From contig JASKKK010000006.1 of NCBI GenBank assembly GCA_030154185.1, forward strand, positions 5,056 to 69,055: 64,000 nucleotides of DNA. The letters are read 5' to 3'. The notes under the pieces are model-generated. The model had not been told where the DNA came from and did no database searches. It was given only the letters and a program-made list of their open reading frames with translations. Every line of letters starts with the position of its first letter. The stretch's first letter is position 1. This document shows positions 57,166 to 64,000 of this stretch, piece after piece. The stretch comes from Desulfuromonadales bacterium (GTDB taxonomy: Bacteria > Desulfobacterota > Desulfuromonadia > Desulfuromonadales > Syntrophotaleaceae). The translations under genes were made by a program, and so were the position numbers.

Positions 57166-58071
57166 ATGTTGTCTCAGGAAACGTTTTTCTACTGGATCAT
57201 TCTTTCCCTCGGCATCCACGTCGCCGCCCTGAGCTTCTGCCCGCCCCCCGCAACCTGGACCGCACCCAGGCCGGGACCGATTACCGTGGATCTGCTTTAC
57301 GGACCGGGCGGGAGCGAAAAAAAGCAACCGGGCGAGACCGCAGGCTCCGACGGCCCCGGAAGCGAGCCCCTTGCCCCTACAACTGCGCACAAGCAACCGG
57401 TTGCGCCAGCAGCTCCTGATAAAATTGAGCACCCGGAGGCACTCCCGACCGTACCAGAACCGCAGGAAAAGGCTGTTCCCAAAACATCCGCGCCGGTACC
57501 CGTAGAAAAACCGGTACCTGTAGAAAAACCGGCCCCCGAAAAGAAACCGCCCCCCCCCTCAACGGTCCCTGCAGAAGAAGTGGCTGATATACCGGAAACG
57601 CCAACACCAGCCACGGCAACCGATGCAGGCAACGAAAGCCAGGACGGTCAAGCCACTGCTGTCCAAGGCTCTTCCATCGAGGAAGCTCCCTCATACGGTC
57701 CCGCTCATGGGGCAGGCAAGGCCTTGGCCCCCGGGCACGGCACGTCCACCGGCAGCGGCTTCGGACACGGCGAGTCCGGAGGAGGAGGCATTCGCGCCAC
57801 GCCGCTCGGCTACGGTGAAAATCCGCCCATGCCCTATCCGCGCACTGCCCGGCGCAGAGGCTGGGAAGGTGAAGTGTTGTTGCGGGTAGACGTTTCCGCC
57901 GCAGGCACCGTTACCGATATCCAGCTGGAAAAATCCAGCGGTTACCGTATCCTGGACAATACAGCCCGCAGGGAGGTGTTCAACTGGCGATTCAGTCCTG
58001 CAAGCCGCAATGGTAAACCCAGGGCGGATACGGTACTGGTCCCCGTACATTTCAAACTTCATCAGCGTTGA
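57166..58071 (+). CDS. tonB: TonB family energy transducer
   Basis: N-terminal TM helix, Pro/Glu/Lys-rich spacer (EKPVPVEKPAPEKKPPPP), C-terminal TonB domain (YPRTARRRGWEGEVLLRVDV). Confidence 0.8.
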   Translation: MLSQETFFYWIILSLGIHVAALSFCPPPATWTAPRPGPITVDLLYGPGGSEKKQPGETAGSDGPGSEPLAPTTAHKQPVAPAAPDKIEHPEALPTVPEPQEKAVPKTSAPVPVEKPVPVEKPAPEKKPPPPSTVPAEEVADIPETPTPATATDAGNESQDGQATAVQGSSIEEAPSYGPAHGAGKALAPGHGTSTGSGFGHGESGGGGIRATPLGYGENPPMPYPRTARRRGWEGEVLLRVDVSAAGTVTDIQLEKSSGYRILDNTARREVFNWRFSPASRNGKPRADTVLVPVHFKLHQR

Positions 58072-58089
58072 CACAAAGCTGCCAAACCC

Positions 58090-58128
58090 AAAACGGCCGG
58101 ATTCCTTCTTGGAATCCGGCCGTTTTTA
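58090..58128. terminator. bidirectional intrinsic terminator between convergent genes
   Basis: aaaacggccggattcc-ttct-tggaatccggccgtttttaaa. Confidence 0.65.
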
Positions 58129-58144
58129 AACGCGTAAAGCGTTA

Positions 58145-58636
58145 TCAAAATATCGCAGCCAGACGTTCATAGGACTTTTTAAGACGACTCGCAAGCGCCA
58201 TAAGGATCGTCCGATAGAGCTTCATCCCCGCCGCAGGGTAATCCTCGAATAACTGCCGGAATTCGTCTCGCCCTATGACCGCCAGAGAGACATCCTCCAG
58301 GGCAACGACACTTACGGCCCGAGGGCTCTGATCAAGAAAAGAGAGTTCCCCGACAACAGCGCCAGGCCCGAATACCGCTACCACAACCTGCTTACCGGGA
58401 AATTCGGTATCTTTTTTCGCCTCGAGGTGGCCGGATAAAATAAGTGCAAGATAGTTTCCCGCCTGGCTTTCCTGCCAGAGGGTTTCCCCGGCTGCAACCT
58501 GACGCCCCTTGAGATAAGGCAAAAGGTGCTTAAGCTCTTCCGAGCTGAAGATATGCAGTCCCTCAAGGTTTGCCGCCATCTCAGGGGACAGCTGCTGCAA
58601 GACCTCCCCGGAACTACCGGAATTCACAACAGTCAC
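58145..58636 (-). CDS. cyclic-nucleotide-binding domain protein
   Basis: cNMP-binding fold (..FGPGAVVGELSFLDQSPRAVSVVA..). GTG start overlaps the mlaC stop by 4 nt. Confidence 0.7.
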   Translation of the reverse strand: MTVVNSGSSGEVLQQLSPEMAANLEGLHIFSSEELKHLLPYLKGRQVAAGETLWQESQAGNYLALILSGHLEAKKDTEFPGKQVVVAVFGPGAVVGELSFLDQSPRAVSVVALEDVSLAVIGRDEFRQLFEDYPAAGMKLYRTILMALASRLKKSYERLAAIF

Positions 58637-59271
58637 GCCTCTTGCCCCTCCACCGTTGCATCCGCGTCGGCCTGAGCCGCCTGCAATTCGCGGATCTTAT
58701 CTTCAAGACGCTTGAGGAGTCCGTCAAAACCTTCCTGACGAATAATTTCGTTATAGCTGCTGCGATAATTGCTGACCAGGCTGACTTCTTCGACAATGAC
58801 ATCGTAAACCAGCCACTCATCCCCTTTGAGTCGCACGCGGTAACTTACGGGAATTTCCTTGTTGGCAACAACGACGGTATCGACCTGGCCACGGCTGCCG
58901 CGTATCTCTTCTCCGACGTATTCAACCCGTTCATCCTGGTAGGTGTAATTACGGATTCTGTTGCGATAAGTGTCTTCCAGCAATTGGGAAAACAAATCGA
59001 CAAAGCGCGCCCGCTGAGCGGGGGAGGCATTTCTCCAGTTAATCCCCAGAGTGCGCTGGGACATGGCGTTGAAATCAAACTTGGAGCGAACCAGAACTTC
59101 CACCTGGTCTAGAATAGCTTCCTGGGAAAGGTCCTCATTACGCAAAACTTCGATAATCTTGTCGAGAGTCACCCGCAGTTGTTCCGTCGGGCCGGGGACG
59201 GCCATGGCCGTCCCTCCCCGGACGCATATCGCAACCATCAGGACACACAGCAGAAAATATCTGACTTTCAT
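58633..59271 (-). CDS. mlaC: MlaC/Ttg2D phospholipid-binding periplasmic protein
   Basis: Signal peptide. Toluene-tolerance family blocks (FDFNAMSQRTLG..W, LVYDVIVEEVSLV.NYR). Confidence 0.8.
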   Translation of the reverse strand: MKVRYFLLCVLMVAICVRGGTAMAVPGPTEQLRVTLDKIIEVLRNEDLSQEAILDQVEVLVRSKFDFNAMSQRTLGINWRNASPAQRARFVDLFSQLLEDTYRNRIRNYTYQDERVEYVGEEIRGSRGQVDTVVVANKEIPVSYRVRLKGDEWLVYDVIVEEVSLVSNYRSSYNEIIRQEGFDGLLKRLEDKIRELQAAQADADATVEGQEA

Positions 59272-59282
59272 TGCCGTACTCC

Positions 59283-60137
59283 TTATTTCTTGATCTTGCC
59301 GTCGCGGTACTGCTCATAGGCATTCCGCACATACATATAGGGGTCGAGAGCTTCCTGCTTGACACTTTCGTAAGTGTCCTTGTCGAGAGAAAGGTCGTTC
59401 TCCTTATCCAAGGCGGTCAGGCCGACGCGTTCGGCAGGCTTCATTTCGACATAGTGCAGGGGATCCATGAAAAAATCGCCAACCATACCCACCGTGTCCC
59501 GGGCATTGGAGGGACCGAAAATCGGCCAAACGATATAAAATCCGGAACCGACTCCGTAATTGCCAAGGGTCTGGCCGAAGTCTTCTTCTTTTTTGTCGAG
59601 ATCGAACCAGGCCTTGGCCGGATCGAACAATCCGCCAATTCCCAGTGTTGAATTGATGACTAAACGGCCAAGTTCGGTGCCAGCATCCTGAAACTTGAGC
59701 TGCAGCAGGGAGTTGGCAAACCGAACGGGTGTGCCAATGTTGGAAAAAAAATTAGACACCGACTCGCGTGCCGGCTCGGGAACGACCCTGAACCCCCGCG
59801 CAATGGGCTTGAAGAGATAAAAATAGAGTTTGTCGTTGACCCAGAACATACCACGGTTAAAAGGTTCGATAGGATCAGAGATTTGCAGCGTCTCGACTTC
59901 ACCATTGGTAAAATCGTCGTCGTACGTGAAGTCGTCGTTCGTGAAGTCGTCGTCAACAGCATAGTTCTGCGATTCACCTGCTAGCTCACCGGCATCATTC
60001 TCGGCAATCGCGCTTGCGGCAGCTTCGTTAACTGCCGGAGCTGAAGAAACGGAGGACTCGTTGACTGCCGAGACACACCCGGCTGACAGCAGCCCTGAAA
60101 TGGTTGCCAACAGCAAAAACATCATGAAGCGTCGCAT
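59283..60137 (-). CDS. mlaA: MlaA/VacJ outer-membrane lipoprotein
   Basis: Lipobox LLSAGC. DPIEPFNRGMFWVND, INSTLGIGGLFDPA. Confidence 0.85.
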   Translation of the reverse strand: MRRFMMFLLLATISGLLSAGCVSAVNESSVSSAPAVNEAAASAIAENDAGELAGESQNYAVDDDFTNDDFTYDDDFTNGEVETLQISDPIEPFNRGMFWVNDKLYFYLFKPIARGFRVVPEPARESVSNFFSNIGTPVRFANSLLQLKFQDAGTELGRLVINSTLGIGGLFDPAKAWFDLDKKEEDFGQTLGNYGVGSGFYIVWPIFGPSNARDTVGMVGDFFMDPLHYVEMKPAERVGLTALDKENDLSLDKDTYESVKQEALDPYMYVRNAYEQYRDGKIKK

Positions 60138-60159
60138 GATATCACCCTCCAGTTCTATT

Positions 60160-60606
60160 TCATTTTTTCTCGAAAATATATTTGCTCACAAGTTTTTCGA
60201 TATTAATCGCAGACTCGGTCTCGAAGATTTCGCCGCCAGGCTGAATATAATCGTCCATCCCGCCGGGGGACACCTCGACATACTTGTCGCCGATAATACC
60301 GGAGGTACGAATGGACGCGATGCTGTCTTCCTGCAGTTTCACGTTGGCATCGATATCCATTCCCAGCACCGCTTCGTATCTTTCGGGATCGAGGGCAATA
60401 CGCGAAACAGTGCCGATCTTAACCCCCGCCAACTCGACAACCGCCCCCTCCTTAAGACCGGAAACGGATCCGAACCGCGCATTTACAAGGTAAGTCTTAT
60501 CCCCTAACAGATCGACATCGCCGAGCTTTACGGAAAGATAGGCGAAACAGATGAAGCCGGCCACCAGAAAAACTCCAACAGCCATCTCAACGTTAAACCT
60601 CTTCAT
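60160..60606 (-). CDS. mlaD: MlaD (MCE-domain) protein
   Basis: Met20 of ORF 60160..60663. TM helix, then MCE domain (GLKEGAVVELAGVKIG.V). Confidence 0.8.
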   Translation of the reverse strand: MKRFNVEMAVGVFLVAGFICFAYLSVKLGDVDLLGDKTYLVNARFGSVSGLKEGAVVELAGVKIGTVSRIALDPERYEAVLGMDIDANVKLQEDSIASIRTSGIIGDKYVEVSPGGMDDYIQPGGEIFETESAINIEKLVSKYIFEKK

Positions 60607-61393
60607 AGCAAAACCGTTCCTCTCTTTCACTGGAATAGATCGGCCCCATGGTCTCTTCGACAAAAGCTCGGATCACCGGGTGATCGGAAAGCTGAAACTG
60701 CTCGGGAGACATGTTGCCGAGAATCCGCCCATCGTGGATAAGTGCCACGTAATCGGCCAATTTGAAGATTTTAGGCACATCGTGACTGACAATGACAGCG
60801 GAATATTTGAGTTTTTTCTGGGTCTTGTGAAACAGCCGGTATATTTCGTTGCTTTTGCTGACGTCCAAACCGGTGGTCGGTTCATCGAAAAACACGATAC
60901 GCGGCTTCATCACCAGCGCCCGCGCAAGACCGACACGCTTTTTCATACCGCCACTGAGTTGAGCGGGAAATTTCCCCTCCATCCCGGCAAGATCCATGAG
61001 AGAAAGCTTTTCTTCTACATTTTCCCGGATCACCGCTTCGCTGGCATCGGTTCGTTCGCGCAACGGCAAGGCAACATTATCGTAAACATTCATGGAATCG
61101 AACAAAGCGACATTCTGGAACAGAACCCCGAAATCCTTACGAATCTCCTTCAGCTGCCGCTTGTTCATCCGGGACAAATCCCGTCCATAAACCAAAACCT
61201 GGCCACTGTCGGGCTTGAGCAATCCCAACATATGCTTGAGGATAACGCTTTTACCCTGCCCGCTGGGACCCACGATAACCGTTGTGGTACCTTCATGCAC
61301 AACCAGGTTAACCTTTTTGAGAACCTGTTGCTTACCGAAAGATCGTTCCACATCGATCAATTCTATGGCTGTTTTCGTTTTTTCCTGAGTCAT
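60593..61393 (-). CDS. mlaF: MlaF ABC ATPase
   Basis: Walker A GPSGQGKS, LSGGMKKR, VFFDEPT. Confidence 0.9.
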   Translation of the reverse strand: MTQEKTKTAIELIDVERSFGKQQVLKKVNLVVHEGTTTVIVGPSGQGKSVILKHMLGLLKPDSGQVLVYGRDLSRMNKRQLKEIRKDFGVLFQNVALFDSMNVYDNVALPLRERTDASEAVIRENVEEKLSLMDLAGMEGKFPAQLSGGMKKRVGLARALVMKPRIVFFDEPTTGLDVSKSNEIYRLFHKTQKKLKYSAVIVSHDVPKIFKLADYVALIHDGRILGNMSPEQFQLSDHPVIRAFVEETMGPIYSSEREERFCYEEV

Positions 61394-61515
61394 TGAATCG
61401 CCCTTGCAATGCCGGCGCTTTCTGCTTAGCCATCCCTTTGATGTTTTTTGGCGAAAGCATCAAATATGATCCCCGGCGACCTGGTTTTTTTGACGGCTAT
61501 CCCCCGACGGCGGGA

Positions 61516-62325
61516 TTACATCATAATGGCACTGAGCAGATAATCCCAAACCAGGATCGCCACGGACGACAGGACTACGGCGTCGGTGGTCACCCGGCTC
61601 ACGCCTTCGGCTCCGAAACCGCCGGAACGTTCAAGGTGCAGAAAATATCCCTTGGATGCACCGATCCAGATAATCAGCAATCCGAAAACCAGCGATTTGA
61701 CCAGCCCCATCTCCACGTCGTTCCAGACCACGCTCGCATACATCTGCTGAAAATAAGCTCCCTTGTTGACCCCCAGCATGGCGACACCGACCAGGTAGCC
61801 CCCGACAATCCCGGCCATATCGAAAATGGCCGTAAGCAGGGGCACGGACAGAATCCCGGCAACGAATTTGGGAGCCATAAGATATTTATAAGGATCGATC
61901 GCCATGCATTCGAGAGCATCGATCTGCTCCGAATTCCGCATAATCCCGATTTCGGCGCAGATTGCCGAACCGGCCCGGCCAACCACCATGAGAGCCGCGA
62001 TGACAGGCCCGAGTTCGCGGATGAGACTCAAGGCCACGGCCGCGCCGAGCAAGCCCTCGGAACCGAATTTGCGCAGGGTATAATAGCCCTGCAATGCCAG
62101 CACCATTCCGGTGAAGGAACCGGTGAAAAGGATGACAAACGTGGAACGGGAGCCTATAAAATGAATCTGCCGAACAATGGGACCGAGCTTGTAAGGCGGA
62201 CGCAACACATTCAACAAACAGGCGGCAAGAAAAATCCCCATACGACCGGCCTGTTCGAGATAAAACAGAAACTCACCGCCCAGCTTTTGAAAAAATCGCC
62301 CAAGAGCCTGGACCAACCACATCAT
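61516..62325 (-). CDS. mlaE: MlaE ABC permease
   Basis: MlaE blocks RELGPVIAALMVVGRAGSAI.AEIG.M...EQIDAL. Confidence 0.9.
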   Translation of the reverse strand: MMWLVQALGRFFQKLGGEFLFYLEQAGRMGIFLAACLLNVLRPPYKLGPIVRQIHFIGSRSTFVILFTGSFTGMVLALQGYYTLRKFGSEGLLGAAVALSLIRELGPVIAALMVVGRAGSAICAEIGIMRNSEQIDALECMAIDPYKYLMAPKFVAGILSVPLLTAIFDMAGIVGGYLVGVAMLGVNKGAYFQQMYASVVWNDVEMGLVKSLVFGLLIIWIGASKGYFLHLERSGGFGAEGVSRVTTDAVVLSSVAILVWDYLLSAIMM

Positions 62326-62941
62326 ATTGGAACAATCCCTTCTGAAAGCGGCAGCTTGACTGCATCACTACTTAGGTTACCCAAAGAAAAGCAATCACCC
62401 AAGTTCCCGCCCGACGGATAAAATTCTCTTCATTACTTCCGGCTATTCTTTGTTCAAGCTGGACATACTAGCACATGTTTTTCAAAAAATACACATCCTT
62501 TAAGATATCAAAATCCTTGAAATGACACTTCTTTGAAAGCCCGGTTTTCCTTTTTAATTGTATACGATTACCAGGCCATGACATTTTTTTTTTGCATTTT
62601 CACTTCAAGCCCATTAGTATACCCTTTGCCTCACCAGCCGAAAAGTGCGATGCCGTATTCTTGCGTCCGAGCAAGGAGCCTCGAACTCAAGCTGGTGCAC
62701 CTTCGTGTCGGCCCCCCTTTTCGACCTGAATGATATCGCGCTCCAACCCGGCAAACCGACGTCGTGCGCCGTACTATGGAGTCAGGCCTGGATTTTTCGT
62801 CCAGGCCACATTGGGGCGTTTTCGCATCCGGCCCCATCCCGACTTCGGCACATGCTTTGCGAAACTGTGTCTGATTTCGGAAACGGGCCGTTTTACCGCT
62901 GCACATACCAGCACAACCCGCAATCAGAGGATATCAGTACC

Positions 62942-63613
62942 ATGCCTTTGAAAGATCTGATCCGCAGTGCCGTCGGGCGTAAACTTTTCATGGCCATCAC
63001 CGGTTTCATACTGTTTGGCTTCGTTGTCGCCCATCTGCTCGGCAACCTGTCCATCTATCTGGGCGCCAACGGCATCAACGCCTACGCCGAACATCTGCAT
63101 CAACTCGAGCCCCTGCTATGGGTATTCCGCATTGGCCTGCTTGTTGCCTTTGGGCTGCATGTTTTTTTCGGCAGCATACTTACCCTTGAAAACTGGAAAG
63201 CACGGCCGATCGTCTACAAACGCAAGAAACATCAACGCAGCACCCTGGCCGGTCGTACCATGATCTACACCGGTCTGTTGCTGACCTTGTTCATAGTTTT
63301 CCATCTACTGCATTTCACATTTCGCCTGATCGGGCCAGAGACCGAGATCCTGGCCGGCGGTCTCCCGAATGTTTTCCTCATGGTACTCGAAAGTTTTCGA
63401 CAGGTCGGCTTCGCGCTGGCATACCTGGTGGCCATGACCATATTGTTCTTCCATCTCAGCCATGGCTTTGCCAGTCTGTTCCAGACTACCGGTCTCAACA
63501 ACGATGTGGCTTTACCCTGGCTGGAACGTCTGAGCCGTGCCATTGCGGTTGCACTGGCGGCGGGGTTCGTATCCATTCCGGTTCTGATTTTCTTTGGCCT
63601 TGTAATAAAGTAG
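62942..63613 (+). CDS. frdC: succinate dehydrogenase/fumarate reductase dihaem cytochrome b subunit (b558 family)
   Basis: Met100 of ORF 62645. [35 protein letters not shown] and five TM helices with conserved His. Confidence 0.8.
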   Translation: MPLKDLIRSAVGRKLFMAITGFILFGFVVAHLLGNLSIYLGANGINAYAEHLHQLEPLLWVFRIGLLVAFGLHVFFGSILTLENWKARPIVYKRKKHQRSTLAGRTMIYTGLLLTLFIVFHLLHFTFRLIGPETEILAGGLPNVFLMVLESFRQVGFALAYLVAMTILFFHLSHGFASLFQTTGLNNDVALPWLERLSRAIAVALAAGFVSIPVLIFFGLVIK

Positions 63614-63623
63614 GGAGTTTACT

Positions 63624-64000
63624 GTGATACTCGACGGCAAATGCCCAACCGGCCCCCTGGCGGACAAATGGGACAACCACCGCCAGAACCTTAAACTGGT
63701 CAATCCGGCCAACAAACGAAAGTACAAAGTAATCGTCGTCGGCACCGGTCTCGCCGGCGCTTCCGCCGCCGCCACCCTGGGCGAACTGGGTTATCGCGTG
63801 GATGCGTTCTGCTACCAGGACAGTCCCCGCCGTGCTCATTCCATCGCCGCCCAGGGGGGCATCAATGCGGCCAAAAACTACCAGAACGACGGCGACAGCA
63901 TTTTCCGTCTGTTTTTCGACACGATCAAGGGGGGCGACTTCCGGGCACGGGAGGCCAACGTCTATCGCCTGGCCCAGATCAGCAATGCCATCATAGACCA
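63624..64000 (+). CDS. frdA: fumarate reductase/succinate dehydrogenase flavoprotein subunit, 3'-truncated by the window edge
   Basis: Not in the ORF track (no stop before the edge). SD agggag, GTG at 63624. Translates to [62 protein letters not shown]. Confidence 0.85.
   Translation, partial: MILDGKCPTGPLADKWDNHRQNLKLVNPANKRKYKVIVVGTGLAGASAAATLGELGYRVDAFCYQDSPRRAHSIAAQGGINAAKNYQNDGDSIFRLFFDTIKGGDFRAREANVYRLAQISNAIID

Noticed and set aside
1-64000. Scan for CRISPR arrays, transposases/integrases, phage genes, tRNA/rRNA
   Set aside because: No regularly spaced direct repeats, no DDE/tyrosine-recombinase-like ORFs and no tRNA-like cloverleaf regions were noticed. The only repeats are the duplicated module and the short intergenic elements reported above.

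Overview
GC-rich, densely coding chromosomal window that looks deltaproteobacterial (Desulfuromonadales/Geobacter-like). That placement rests on gene content and the FrdC/FrdA-type N-termini at the right edge, and is inference only. I saw no rRNA, tRNA, CRISPR array, transposase or integrase. About 48 kb (10.0-58.1 kb) is organised around cobalamin. A ~21 kb anaerobic-pathway cob/cbi operon (15918-36594) sits behind a cobalamin riboswitch with a terminator. Further right are a BtuFCD-like ABC importer and a second cobalamin riboswitch driving a BtuB-like TonB-dependent receptor plus TonB. The cob operon is flanked on both sides by two paralogous copies of an unusual four-gene module. Each copy encodes a TorF-like outer-membrane barrel, an orphan PotD-like lipoprotein binding protein, a single-polypeptide EutB-EutC (ethanolamine-ammonia-lyase-like, AdoCbl-dependent) enzyme with a Sec-type signal peptide, and an unrecognised polytopic membrane protein. 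No microcompartment shell, reactivase or eut regulator genes are present. A tungsten-type aldehyde:ferredoxin oxidoreductase with a candidate Moco/Tuco riboswitch lies downstream. I consider this module the best candidate for an undescribed system: envelope-located B12-dependent amino-alcohol deamination. Second candidate: a 33-codon ORF with a strong SD next to a radical SAM/SPASM enzyme inside the cob operon (RiPP-like pair). Other content includes a GlrK/QseG/GlrR-like three-gene sensory system, two divergent radical SAM genes and a MoxR-DUF58-VWA (Bat-like) operon. There is also an Mla lipid-transport operon ending in a cNMP-binding protein, and the start of frdCA. All calls come from reading the sequence and ORF translations by eye; no searches were run.
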